Program-made: the position numbers and the translations under genes
In this document: positions 1 to 8,855 of the stretch, piece after piece
How positions within the stretch are numbered: position 1 is the first letter of the stretch
Layout: every line of letters begins with the position of its first letter
Assembly: GCA_012841375.1 (NCBI GenBank)
Contig: DUUV01000002.1
Coordinates: forward strand, 17,828-81,827
DNA from: Candidatus Fermentithermobacillaceae bacterium
GTDB lineage: Bacteria; Bacillota; Sulfobacillia; Fermentithermobacillales; Fermentithermobacillaceae
Length of the DNA stretch: 64,000 bases
Direction: 5' to 3'
The notes under the pieces: generated by a model
The model's database searches: none
Told to the model about the DNA's origin: nothing
What the model saw: the letters and a program-made list of their open reading frames with translations, nothing else

Positions 1-737
1 TCCTTCGCCAAGAGGTCCTCCATGCTGAGCTGCAGGTACTGCTGGTCTACGTCGCCGGCGATGTTGGCCCCGCCGGCCGCGGTTATGACGTCGTCTATGA
101 AGGACCCTCCGCCTGAGGTCCAGAGCTCGCTGTCGAAGGTAATGAACACCTTGGGTCTGGGAGCGCCTTCGGGGAACGCAGCTCTCACCGCTTCCAGGTC
201 TTCCTCTAGCTCCGCCGCCAGCTCTTCGCCTTTCTTCTCCACTCCCAGCACTTTTGAAAGGGCCTCAATGTCTTGAAGGACCTCGGCCACAGTTGAGGGG
301 CCTGATGCCCATGCGGGAATTCCCAGACGGGCGAGGTCTTTTTCCACCTGACTCTCCTGGTCCCGGGAACCGGCCACCAAGACGAGATCTGGTTTGAGGG
401 ATACCAGTTTTTCGGTGTTCAACGTAAACGCGTCTCCGACTTTCTCTATCTCGAGAGCTTCCGGAGGTCTGTTGCAGAACGTGCTGACGCCGACCAACCG
501 GTCGCCTGCTCCCAGCGAAAACACGGCCTCGGTGAGCGCCGGAGACAGCGACACGATCCTCTTGGGCGTCCCTTCCAAGGAAACCGTCTTTCCCAGACCG
601 TCTGTATAGGTCCTGGGGCCGCGACGACAACCCGCCAGGAAGGCCGTAGAGACCATAGCCGCGATCGCCAAGGCCAAGACCAGAGCCGCGGACTTTCGAA
701 ACACCCCTTTCGGAGCGTTGGTTGTTCCTGTCACCAT
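1..737 (-). CDS. ABC transporter periplasmic substrate-binding protein, BtuF/FecB-like (cobalamin / Fe-siderophore class). The N-terminus is in the window; the 3' end runs off the window start.
   Basis: Reverse-strand translation from ATG at 737..735 gives MVTGTTNAPKGVFRKSAALVLALAIAAMVSTAFLAGC (lipoprotein-like signal) followed by ...KRIVSLSPALTEAVFSLGAGDRLVGVS..., typical of class III binding proteins. AAGGAGG RBS lies 7 nt upstream. A cobalamin riboswitch sits immediately upstream. Confidence 0.7.
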   Translation of the reverse strand, partial: MVTGTTNAPKGVFRKSAALVLALAIAAMVSTAFLAGCRRGPRTYTDGLGKTVSLEGTPKRIVSLSPALTEAVFSLGAGDRLVGVSTFCNRPPEALEIEKVGDAFTLNTEKLVSLKPDLVLVAGSRDQESQVEKDLARLGIPAWASGPSTVAEVLQDIEALSKVLGVEKKGEELAAELEEDLEAVRAAFPEGAPRPKVFITFDSELWTSGGGSFIDDVITAAGGANIAGDVDQQYLQLSMEDLLAK

Positions 738-852
738 CAATCGAACCTCCTTATGACTGAAAGACCATGAGAGACGGAATGCCGGCTGCCCAAGATAGAA
801 ACCTGGGCCAATCAAGACATAGAGCCGGCCTATCTAGAAACACCCACCCTAC

Positions 853-1100
853 AGAAAACCCCGGCCGTTGGCCGGGGGTATACGCGTACGCACCGAAGCG
901 TTCCCCCCTTTCGCTCGAAGGCTAGGTAACGGAACGTTCAGGCAGGTCTCCTGGCTGCCGGATCCTCGCCTCCCGCGCCTTCCCGAAAACTCTTTTCAGT
1001 GGCGTCAGCGGTCGGCTCCCCGGTTACAGTGGCGGCACCGCGCCGGATTCGCGCGCTCACGCGCATCACCGGACTTCCCTATTCTCCCTTGCGGGCACCT
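853..1100 (-). promoter_or_regulatory. Cobalamin (B12) riboswitch with an intrinsic-terminator expression platform
   Basis: Minus-strand RNA contains AGGTGCC...AAGGGA...AGGGAAGTCCGGTGA...AATCCGGCGCGGTGCCGCCACTGTAACCGGGGAG...GGGAAGGC...GCCAGGAGACCTGCC (B12 box, 941-960). It is followed by the terminator CCCCGGCCaacGGCCGGGG+UUUUCU (853-877). Confidence 0.75.
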
Positions 1101-1191
1101 GAACGTCTGCGGATACTCGGTTCTTGTCTTAGGTTAGGGCGAACCTCCTCTTGGAATACTCACCTGTAGGACCACTTGGGAGGACCAACAG

Positions 1192-1449
1192 ATGCAGTTT
1201 GAGCGCAACAAAGATCTCGCTTGGGTTATTACTTTCACGGCGTTTCTCGTTTTCCTGCTTTCAGCCATAGCTTGTTCGGCGTTCGGCGGTTTGCCGTCAA
1301 AACAGCCACAGGCTATCGCGCTGGCAAACGCCTATCTCAGCAGGGCTTTCCTGGCCGCTCTCTCCAGTTTCCTCAAGTACACGTCTCTGGCCGTCGTGGC
1401 CTACGGTATCGTGGCCATCATCACCTGGCCGCCGGGTCCGCCCAACTGA
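1192..1449 (+). CDS. Hypothetical small hydrophobic membrane protein (85 aa)
   Basis: ORF with GGGAGG RBS 8 nt upstream of ATG. Two predicted TM helices. Divergent from the riboswitch. No recognisable family. Confidence 0.35.
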   Translation: MQFERNKDLAWVITFTAFLVFLLSAIACSAFGGLPSKQPQAIALANAYLSRAFLAALSSFLKYTSLAVVAYGIVAIITWPPGPPN

Positions 1450-1517
1450 CCCCAATGGGGGCCTGGGCGAGCCTCCCGGAGGCGCTGCGAGTCCACACTT
1501 TCAAGGGTCGCCGCCAG

Positions 1518-2546
1518 TTAGGCCATTCTCTTAAGTCTCGGGTTATGGACCGTCCCGGGAATGCGCCCTCGTTTCGCGATGGGGCGCCCCTCAATAGCCT
1601 TTATGTCCATGGTCATGTCCAGCGGCCTGGCCGACGAGATGTAGTGTCCCACCCCGAACGCATCGGCCCCTGCTTCTCTCAATCTCTGCATACGCTCGGG
1701 ATTCAGGCCGCCTGATACGAATATTCTCACGTGATCAAAACCGGCCAAGTCCAGCCTTGCCCGCACCTCGCGCACCAGCCCCTCGGTGACGCCTCCGCGC
1801 TCCGCAGGGGTGTCCAGCCTGACCGCGCCCATATCCTTGCCCAGGACCTCGGCTACTCTCAGCGCTTCTTCCGCCTCGTCGTGGAAGGTGTCAACCAAAA
1901 TGGTCCGGGGCGCGTCCGGGGGCATGTAGGTGTTATAGGCCAATGCCGTTTTGACGGTATCGCCCAAGATGAGGACCAAGGCGTGAGGGATGGTGCCCAC
2001 CGGCTCCAGCCCGGCCAGTTTGGCTCCCAGTATGCACGCGGCGCCATCGGCCCCGCCGACCACTGCCGCACGCTCCATTACGGAGGCGACCGCGGGGTGG
2101 ATATGCCTGGCCCCGAAGCAGTAGAAGGGCGCGTCGGGAACCGCGTTCCTGCACTCGCGCGCGGCAGTCGCCCAGCCGGATGAACTGGCAAGTATGCCAA
2201 GAAGAGCCGTTTCGTAGCGTCCAAAACTTGAGTAGGGCCCCGTGATCCTGAGGATAGTGTCTCTCTCGGAAAACGGCTCGCCTTCATCCATTCCCCATAC
2301 CTCAAGCGGCAGGCCTCTCAAGAGCTCCAAACACTCCGGCGTGCCGGCGACTATGCCCGAGCGACCCGAGAAAATCTCGACCGTCACAACCGTGTCGGCC
2401 TTGCCCTCGCGCTCAAGTATCTCTTGAGTACGCACGAAGTAGACGTCGGCCGTGGCGCCCGATCTTATCTCCTCATGGGTAGCCGAGAAGAGCCTCTTCC
2501 GGCCTGGAGCATAGTCTTTGACGTCCTGGGAAGTCTTGAATACCAC
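1518..2546 (-). CDS. pncB: Nicotinate phosphoribosyltransferase (pncB / NAPRTase family, archaeal-like subtype)
   Basis: ...RLFSATHEEIRSGATADVYFVRT...GGADGAACILGAKL...GTIPHALVLILGD...RLDTP...VSGGLN... matches the NAPRTase family. The long ORF start at 2648 overlaps rluB. A GTG at 2546 with GAAGGA upstream is the likely true start. Confidence 0.7.
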   Translation of the reverse strand: MVFKTSQDVKDYAPGRKRLFSATHEEIRSGATADVYFVRTQEILEREGKADTVVTVEIFSGRSGIVAGTPECLELLRGLPLEVWGMDEGEPFSERDTILRITGPYSSFGRYETALLGILASSSGWATAARECRNAVPDAPFYCFGARHIHPAVASVMERAAVVGGADGAACILGAKLAGLEPVGTIPHALVLILGDTVKTALAYNTYMPPDAPRTILVDTFHDEAEEALRVAEVLGKDMGAVRLDTPAERGGVTEGLVREVRARLDLAGFDHVRIFVSGGLNPERMQRLREAGADAFGVGHYISSARPLDMTMDIKAIEGRPIAKRGRIPGTVHNPRLKRMA

Positions 2547-2566
2547 ATCGTCCTTCTCGGTTTGTG

Positions 2567-3343
2567 TCACTCCTTGCGCTCCCCTTCCCAACCATTCCGT
2601 GCTCCTGCGTAGAGGTCCTTGACCTCCCGGGGGGTAAGGTACCGCCACGCGCCTCTATCGAGAGAACCCAGGCAAAGGGGTCCTACCTTGACGCGTATGA
2701 GCCGCTTGACTGTGTACCCAACGGAACGGCATATGTGCTTGACCAGATGCTTCTGGCCTTCGTGCACACCGATAACAAGAGTGAGCGGCCGGCCATCGCC
2801 GCCCTGAAACCGGGCATAATCCGCCTGAACCCTCTTGCCTCCAATGATTATACCTGAAAGGATCCTCTGAATCTTGCTTTCATCTCTGGGCCCGGCGACC
2901 GTAACGACATATTCCTTGATCACCTTGTGCTTCGGATGGGTCAGGAGGTAGGCGAGTTCGCCGTCGTTGGTCATGAACAGCAGTCCTTCTGCGTCGTAGT
3001 CAAGCCGGCCTACTGGGAACACTCTTGCCGACACGCCCTCCAACAGCGACATCACCGTCCGCCTGCCCCTTGGGTCGGCGCAGGTGGACAAGTATCCGGG
3101 CGGCTTGTTAAGGATGATGTAGACAGGTTCCTGAGCACCGCCGACTTCCCGGCCGTCAAGAAACACTCTGTCTTCAGCCGGACGGACCTTCTGCCCCAGG
3201 ACGGCCAACTTGCCGTTTACGGTCACCCGCCCTTCTGCTATTAGGGCGTCAACATGCCGGCGAGACGCGACGCCTGACCGCGCCAGAAACCTGGAGAGAC
3301 GTTCCTCTCCAACGGCGCTTCGCCCATCTTGCTGATTTCCCAC
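2567..3343 (-). CDS. rluB: Pseudouridine synthase, RsuA/RluB family (S4 domain + PSU synthase)
   Basis: N-terminal S4 motif ERLSRFLARSGVASRR. Catalytic region ...VFPVGRLDYDAEGLLFMTNDGELAYLLTHPKH... Confidence 0.8.
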   Translation of the reverse strand: MGNQQDGRSAVGEERLSRFLARSGVASRRHVDALIAEGRVTVNGKLAVLGQKVRPAEDRVFLDGREVGGAQEPVYIILNKPPGYLSTCADPRGRRTVMSLLEGVSARVFPVGRLDYDAEGLLFMTNDGELAYLLTHPKHKVIKEYVVTVAGPRDESKIQRILSGIIIGGKRVQADYARFQGGDGRPLTLVIGVHEGQKHLVKHICRSVGYTVKRLIRVKVGPLCLGSLDRGAWRYLTPREVKDLYAGARNGWEGERKE

Positions 3344-3354
3344 TCAAGATCCTC

Positions 3355-3813
3355 CTACGCGAGGAGAGCTATGAGTTCTACCTCCACACAAGCGTTGAGT
3401 GGTAGTTCCGCGACCCCGACGGCTGCCCTGGCATGCTGTCCGGCCTCTCCGAAGACCTGGGCAAGGAGCTCAGACGCTCCGTTTACAGCCTTCGGCTGGT
3501 CGTTAAATCCTGGCGCAGACGCCACGAACCCGGTCACCTTGACTATTCTCTCCACATTGTCGAGATCGCCCGCCACGCTCTTCAGTGCGGCAATGCAGTT
3601 TATGGCGCACTGTCTCGCCTCGGCCTGAGCCTCTTCAAGGGTGACATCTTTCCCCACTTTGCCTGTCTTGTCGAGTTTTCCCTGCCTGAACGGGAGCTGA
3701 CCCGATATGTACACCCACTTCCCCGCCAACACGGCAGGTACATACGCCGCCACCGGCTTGGCGACAGCCGGGATCTCGATCCCCAGTTCCTTGAGTTTCG
3801 CCTCAACCTTCAT
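3355..3813 (-). CDS. ridA: RidA/YjgF/TdcF family protein
   Basis: MKVEAKLKELGIEIPAVAKPVAAYVPAV...GKDVTLEEAQAEARQCAINCIAALK... The ATG at 3813 is preceded by TAAGGAGG at 8 nt spacing. The longer ORF from 3873 lacks an RBS. Confidence 0.75.
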   Translation of the reverse strand: MKVEAKLKELGIEIPAVAKPVAAYVPAVLAGKWVYISGQLPFRQGKLDKTGKVGKDVTLEEAQAEARQCAINCIAALKSVAGDLDNVERIVKVTGFVASAPGFNDQPKAVNGASELLAQVFGEAGQHARAAVGVAELPLNACVEVELIALLA

Positions 3814-3950
3814 TGAATGCGCCTCCTTATAGAAGATCATCCCATGATACCGCTTCCTCCCCTCACCGGACAACTCCTCCGGACCGGAAGCAGGATATCG
3901 CGGTATTATGACGAATTTTCTATGGAGAAGAGCGGGGAGGAGAATGGACC

Positions 3951-4589
3951 ATGATCATCCAAGCGCTGATGACCCCCAGGCCAGACGTACACTCGGTAAG
4001 ACCCGACGATACTCTGGGAAAGGCGTTAGAGGACCTCGAGTCTTTGGGCTTCACGGCTCTTCCCGTGTTGGAGGACAACAAGTTCCTGGGCGTCATCACG
4101 AGACGCAGGATTTTTGAACGTTACTTCAAGGGAGACGAGGTCGAGAAAGCGACTTTCCTGAAGACCAATCTGGTGAAGGATCACATCATAAGCGAGGTTC
4201 AGATAGCGCACAGCACCGATCCATTGGATGATGTGCTCTACAAGTTCCTTGACTCCAGATATGACTTCCTGCCCGTCATTTCGGAAGACCGGTTTCTCGG
4301 GATCGTGACAAGAAACAGCATGCTCAACGCCTTTTTGAAAAACACCGGCGCTGCGGAAAAGGCTCACCGCATCGCCATCGTAGTCGACGACTTCAAGGGC
4401 ACGCTGGCGCGCCTCACGGCTCTCATTTCCAGCCATGACGCCGACATATTGGGCATCGTCACCTTTGATCCTGAAGTCGCCGACCTCAAATTCATCGAGC
4501 TGACCGTCAGGGCGGATAATTCCAGAGAGCTCATCAACACCCTGACAGCCAATGGCTTCAGCGTCCGTGAAGCCAAGCTGGCAGGCTAA
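3951..4589 (+). CDS. CBS-pair plus ACT-like domain protein
   Basis: Two CBS-like segments (…LPVLEDNKFLGVITRRRI…, …LPVISEDRFLGIVTRNSM…) followed by a C-terminal ACT-like domain. GGGAGGAG RBS. Confidence 0.7.
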   Translation: MIIQALMTPRPDVHSVRPDDTLGKALEDLESLGFTALPVLEDNKFLGVITRRRIFERYFKGDEVEKATFLKTNLVKDHIISEVQIAHSTDPLDDVLYKFLDSRYDFLPVISEDRFLGIVTRNSMLNAFLKNTGAAEKAHRIAIVVDDFKGTLARLTALISSHDADILGIVTFDPEVADLKFIELTVRADNSRELINTLTANGFSVREAKLAG

Positions 4590-5116
4590 GTCACAATCAA
4601 ACGCCAGACCAGGAAACCCGCCAGAAATCCGCAGGCGTCGCCGATGAGACACGACGCCAGGACGTGGCGGGTTCTCTTTACCCCCACCGATCCGAAATAC
4701 AGGGTCACCACGTAGAACGTTGTATCTGTAGCCCCTTGAAGAATCGACGCCAAAATCCCCATGGGTGAATCCGGACCGTACGTCTGCAATAGGTCGCCGG
4801 TCAGGGCCAGGGCCCCGCTCCCGCTTACGGGACGGATGAGGAGGAGAGGCACCATGTCGGCAGGGACTCCCAGCGGCTTGAGTACGTTTCCCAAGAGAGA
4901 CGCGAAGAACTCAAGCGCCCCAGACCCGCGGAAACAGGAGATGGCGGCAAAGACGGCTACGAGATACGGCAGGGTACCGACTGCTATCTTGAGGCCCTCT
5001 TCCGCCCCTTTCACGAAAGTCTCATATACCCGGACGCCCTTCGACGCCGCGTAAAGCGGAACCCCTACAAGGATTACCGGAAAAGCATATGTGCCGAGAG
5101 CGGATAAGATCACCAA
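4586..5116 (-). CDS. spmB: Spore maturation protein B
   Basis: Nucleoside-transporter-like membrane protein with SpmB-like sequence. Adjacent to spmA, as in B. subtilis dacB-spmA-spmB. Confidence 0.8.
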   Translation of the reverse strand: MVILSALGTYAFPVILVGVPLYAASKGVRVYETFVKGAEEGLKIAVGTLPYLVAVFAAISCFRGSGALEFFASLLGNVLKPLGVPADMVPLLLIRPVSGSGALALTGDLLQTYGPDSPMGILASILQGATDTTFYVVTLYFGSVGVKRTRHVLASCLIGDACGFLAGFLVWRLIVT

Positions 5117-5700
5117 CGGCGGTCACCCGGCTTCCCGCCCCGGGACAAGAAGCGAAATGCCAGAAGGCCTCCGACGGTCGCCGCCAGGCCTGCGACTGCC
5201 GTCGGCCCGGCGATGACGGCCGGCGCTCTGGAACCCAAGGCTGCCCTGAGGGCTATGACGCCTGAGGGGAATATGCAGAAACCGGCAGCGTTTAGAATGA
5301 CCAGCCTGGCCATGGAATCGAATCCCGGGTCGCGGTCTCCAAAACGTTCCTTCATCTCGGCCATGGCCTTGAGCCCCAAGGGCGTCGAGGAGGAAAGCCC
5401 CAAGATATTTGAAAGGACTGACGCGGTGACCGTCCCGAGAGGTCGGGATAATCCTTTTAGTCCGGGAAATAACCTCGAAAAGACCGGGTTTACCGCCTTG
5501 GCCAGAGTGTCAATAAGACCTGACTCCTCGGCCAGCTTTTCGATGCCCACCCATAGGCAGAAGACGCCGGTAAGTCCAATGACCAGCTCTACTGCCCCGG
5601 TCACCCCGTCCAAGACCGAAGTCATCATGGCGTCCACTTGCCCGGTCATAACCGCCGCCACGCAACCGGCCGTAACCAAAAACCCCCATACCAGATTCAT
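5110..5700 (-). CDS. spmA: Spore maturation protein A
   Basis: Gate/nucleoside-recognition domain membrane protein immediately upstream of spmB, overlapping it by 7 nt. Confidence 0.8.
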   Translation of the reverse strand: MNLVWGFLVTAGCVAAVMTGQVDAMMTSVLDGVTGAVELVIGLTGVFCLWVGIEKLAEESGLIDTLAKAVNPVFSRLFPGLKGLSRPLGTVTASVLSNILGLSSSTPLGLKAMAEMKERFGDRDPGFDSMARLVILNAAGFCIFPSGVIALRAALGSRAPAVIAGPTAVAGLAATVGGLLAFRFLSRGGKPGDRRW

Positions 5701-5790
5701 GCTCTCTCACCCCGCGATTAGAAGCTATGAACGGGCGTGAGAGGGAAAGAACGGTTCCCCCCGGGAAACCGGGGGGACTTTGGGTTTTTG

Positions 5791-6039
5791 CTACCGCCGG
5801 CTTTGGTCCTTCACCATGTTGGCCTCGGCGTACTCGATCATCCTCTTGACCATCTGTCCGCCTAGCCGGCCTCCCAATCGACCGCCGATCCTACCGCATT
5901 CTCTGGAGGTCATGTCACCCCAGCCCACGGTATTCAGCTTGTCGAGGAGACCAAGCTCACCGGCTACCTCGAACTTCATCCGGTCAAGGTTCCTTCTGAG
6001 GTCCTCATCGGGCGGACCTCCGCCCCGGACGTACCCCAA
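5791..6039 (-). CDS. ssp: Small acid-soluble spore protein, alpha/beta type
   Basis: ...LDRMKFEVAGELGL...MTSRECGRIGG...GGQMVKRMIEYAEANM matches the SASP signature (QMKxEIAxExG...TSRxNG..GGxITKRLV). The ORF starts with TTG at 6039. An alternative ATG lies at 5979. Confidence 0.7.
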   Translation of the reverse strand: MGYVRGGGPPDEDLRRNLDRMKFEVAGELGLLDKLNTVGWGDMTSRECGRIGGRLGGRLGGQMVKRMIEYAEANMVKDQSRR

Positions 6040-6147
6040 CTCTTCCGCGACTTCGTACTTCAGCCTGTCAAGAGGGCGAACTGCGTCTGGGTTCAGCGGC
6101 CTCTTACGTCGTCTACCTAAGGAAGGTTCCCTCCTTCGGGCGGTAGC

Positions 6148-7083
6148 CTAATTATGTTGCCCTGCTAAGGCCGCTTTAAGAACCGGATCTATGTTCTGTT
6201 TTGTGGAAATGACGGGGAGAAACAGGTCGCCTGTCCGTTCAAGCCTGGACAAAGCCGTAGTGATGTTCCAAGCCTGAGGAGTAACCGTGTCCAGCTCATC
6301 CCAGTGAATGGGCATGGATACGGGGGCGCCGCGGGTCGCCCTCACTCCGTATACCGACCCGATGGTCTGGCCTCGCGCGTTCTGGGGGAAGTCTATGTAA
6401 ACCTTGCCGAAACGGTCCTTAACCTTACGTTCCAGCGTCACCTTTTCGGGATAGGCGTCCCGGATGAATTGGGCCCCGTACTTGACGAAAGCCTGGATCT
6501 CTTTGTACGTATACCTGGGCTCCACAGGAACGTAGACATGTACTCCGGTGGCCCCCGAAACCTTTGGAAATCCCAGCAGATTCCACTGGTCAAGGAGGCT
6601 TTTCACCATCTTGACCACTATCTTCACGTCTTCCCAAGTTGAGCCTTCTGAAGGATCGATGTCGAAGACGGCGAAATCCGGGTAATCCAGATTCGTATAC
6701 CTGGAGAGCCACGGGTTTATCTCAATCGCGCCTCCGTTGGCCATCCAGACCAAGGTCGAAACCGTGTCGCAGAGGATGAAGTTGATGTAGTCCTCTTTCT
6801 CCTTAGACATGACGGGCGCGATCCTCACCCATTCGGGCATTCCCTGAGGCGCGTCCTTCTGGTAGAAACCGTCCGATGAGACTCCCCCGGGGAACCGGAC
6901 CAGAGACAACGGCCTATCCTTCAGGTGCGGGAGAAGGTACTGCGACACGCTGTGGTAATATTCAATGAGGTCCCGCTTGGTATAACCGTCTTCGGGCCAA
7001 TAGACCTTATCGAGGTGGGTGAGCCGGACCTCGTGGTCGCCCACTCTCACCACTACGGCTTCCTCAGTTGCCGTTTTTTTCAC
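6148..7083 (-). CDS. ligD-pol: NHEJ DNA polymerase / primase, stand-alone LigD Pol-domain protein
   Basis: 311 aa with LigD polymerase-domain similarity throughout (...YVPVEPRYTYKEIQAFVK...). GTG start overlaps the upstream ligase gene by 20 nt. Confidence 0.8.
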   Translation of the reverse strand: MKKTATEEAVVVRVGDHEVRLTHLDKVYWPEDGYTKRDLIEYYHSVSQYLLPHLKDRPLSLVRFPGGVSSDGFYQKDAPQGMPEWVRIAPVMSKEKEDYINFILCDTVSTLVWMANGGAIEINPWLSRYTNLDYPDFAVFDIDPSEGSTWEDVKIVVKMVKSLLDQWNLLGFPKVSGATGVHVYVPVEPRYTYKEIQAFVKYGAQFIRDAYPEKVTLERKVKDRFGKVYIDFPQNARGQTIGSVYGVRATRGAPVSMPIHWDELDTVTPQAWNITTALSRLERTGDLFLPVISTKQNIDPVLKAALAGQHN

Positions 7084-8008
7084 CGCTCATCAAACCTTTG
7101 AACACAGGATGTCTCAGTTTTTTCTCGGGAGTCATCTCCGTGTAACTTACCTCTACACCGAGATGAGGCTTCACCCAGCGGATTTTCTGGATCTCCTTCC
7201 GGGAGGGAGGATTATATATGACGCCCCAATGAGAGATCAGGTCTTCGTATGACCCGGGCTCCAGAGCTTCCAGGAGTCGCCGCTCGTAGTCTCGATTAAG
7301 CCCCGACGACACTCGTCCGACCACTAGAAAGCCGTCGCCGTGCCGTTGGGCCACGACGAGAGAACCCAGGGTCCTTCCGGGCGAAGGGACGTATCCCAGT
7401 ACCCAAAAGCGTCCGTCACGCACGTTCTTGACCTTGAGCCAGTCGTCGGTGCGCTCACCGGGCCGGTACACACTCTCCTTCCTCTTGGCCATGATCCCCT
7501 CAAGTTCCCGCTCCCTGGCCCAGTCAAAGAGCGCTTTGCCGCTACCGTCGACCGCATGGGACAGCACAACCGGCCCCTCCGGATGGACAAACCGGGCAAG
7601 CTCAGCCTTCCGTTCAACCAGAGGGCTACCGGTAAGCAGGCGGCCGTCGACAGAAAGGATGTCGAAGACCACAAGAGTGACCGATGGCGGCCCGGTCCGG
7701 AGATAGGAAAAATCTACTCGTCCATCCCTAAACGCCACGATCTCGCCGTCCAGGAGGGCCGATTTGGCGCGTATCGCCAGAGGGACTCCCGACAGACCGG
7801 GAAACTGTGTGAGCAGGGGTTTACCGTTTCTTGAATCCAGGTAGACCTCATCACCTGATACGTAGGCCAAACAGCGATAACCGTCCCACTTCACCTCAAA
7901 AAGCCAGTCGTCATCGTCGAAAGGAGCCCCGGCCACCGAAGCCAGCATTGGCCGGAGCCTGGGCATGCCGAAGACGGTATTCCGTTTAGGGGGGAGGCGG
8001 CGCTGCAC
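7064..8008 (-). CDS. ligD-lig: ATP-dependent DNA ligase, stand-alone LigD ligase-domain protein
   Basis: PRLRPMLA...EVKWDGYR (KxDG adenylation motif I). GTG at 8008 with GGGGGAGG RBS. Overlaps the end of ku. Confidence 0.8.
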   Translation of the reverse strand: MQRRLPPKRNTVFGMPRLRPMLASVAGAPFDDDDWLFEVKWDGYRCLAYVSGDEVYLDSRNGKPLLTQFPGLSGVPLAIRAKSALLDGEIVAFRDGRVDFSYLRTGPPSVTLVVFDILSVDGRLLTGSPLVERKAELARFVHPEGPVVLSHAVDGSGKALFDWARERELEGIMAKRKESVYRPGERTDDWLKVKNVRDGRFWVLGYVPSPGRTLGSLVVAQRHGDGFLVVGRVSSGLNRDYERRLLEALEPGSYEDLISHWGVIYNPPSRKEIQKIRWVKPHLGVEVSYTEMTPEKKLRHPVFKGLMSGEKNGN

Positions 8009-8849
8009 TTTCCACGTCCTCCCCCGACACTTTTCTTCTCCGTCTGGGCTTCTTCACGGCCTCCCCGGTGGCAGGCGTCTTCTCGCTCTTGGCTTTCTCG
8101 ACGCTTCGCCGGAGGGCTTCCATTAAATCTATCACCTGAGCTCCGGCTTGGGGTTGTCGCACCACTTCCCTGCCCTGGATCTTCTTCTGGATCAGCTCGG
8201 ACACCGCTTCCCTCTGCCTGCTACGATACTTGGCAGGCTCAAATTCGGCCGAGAGCGTCTCAATGAGCGTCTTTGCCATGGAGAACTCGCGGTCGCCTAT
8301 CTCCGCCTCCTCCGGGATGCGGAGCTCATCGCCGGACCTCACTTCATCTGCCCAAAACATGGTCTCCAAGAGGATGAACTTGTCTCTATACGTCCTCACG
8401 ATCGCCAGGGTCTCTTTGGCCCTTATGGCGACTTTGGCCAAAGCCACCTTGCCTTGGTCTCGCATGGCCCCAAAGAGCAGAGAGTAGGCTTTCTCCGCCC
8501 CTTCGCGGGGTTCCAGGAAGAAACTTTTCTCGTAGTAGACCGGGTCTACATCATTCAGAGAGACGAAATCGAGGATCTCGATGACGTGAGCCGAAGGACC
8601 GGGGATGGCCTCCATGTCTTCTTCGGTGATGACGACATGCTCGCCCTTTTGGTACTCATAGGCCTTGACGATCTCGTCTTGGCGGAGGTCTCGTTCGCAG
8701 TTCGGGCACCATTTCATGTATCTGACAGGGGTATTGCATTCCTTGTGAAGCAGACGAAAGCTCACGTTCTTCCGTTCTGTGGCGGCGTACAACCTGACAG
8801 GGATGACGACCAGCCCGAATGTGATGGTCCCGTTCCACAGAGGGCGCAT
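7986..8849 (-). CDS. ku: Ku protein (NHEJ DNA end-binding)
   Basis: MRPLWNGTITFGLVVIPVRLYAAT... is the canonical bacterial Ku N-terminus, with a basic C-terminal tail. First gene of the ku-lig-pol operon. Confidence 0.85.
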   Translation of the reverse strand: MRPLWNGTITFGLVVIPVRLYAATERKNVSFRLLHKECNTPVRYMKWCPNCERDLRQDEIVKAYEYQKGEHVVITEEDMEAIPGPSAHVIEILDFVSLNDVDPVYYEKSFFLEPREGAEKAYSLLFGAMRDQGKVALAKVAIRAKETLAIVRTYRDKFILLETMFWADEVRSGDELRIPEEAEIGDREFSMAKTLIETLSAEFEPAKYRSRQREAVSELIQKKIQGREVVRQPQAGAQVIDLMEALRRSVEKAKSEKTPATGEAVKKPRRRRKVSGEDVESAAPPPP

Positions 8850-8855
8850 GGCCGG

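Noticed and set aside
1221-1715. Plus-strand 164-aa ORF overlapping the pncB 3' end
   Set aside because: It overlaps a strongly supported minus-strand gene, has no RBS and no similarity. The shorter 1192-1449 ORF in another frame is the only plausible plus-strand gene here.
6040-6147. SigmaG promoter upstream of the SASP gene
   Set aside because: It is expected biologically, but I could not identify a convincing GHATR-N17/18-CATxHTA pair by eye. Only a TTGACA hexamer without a matching -10 is seen.
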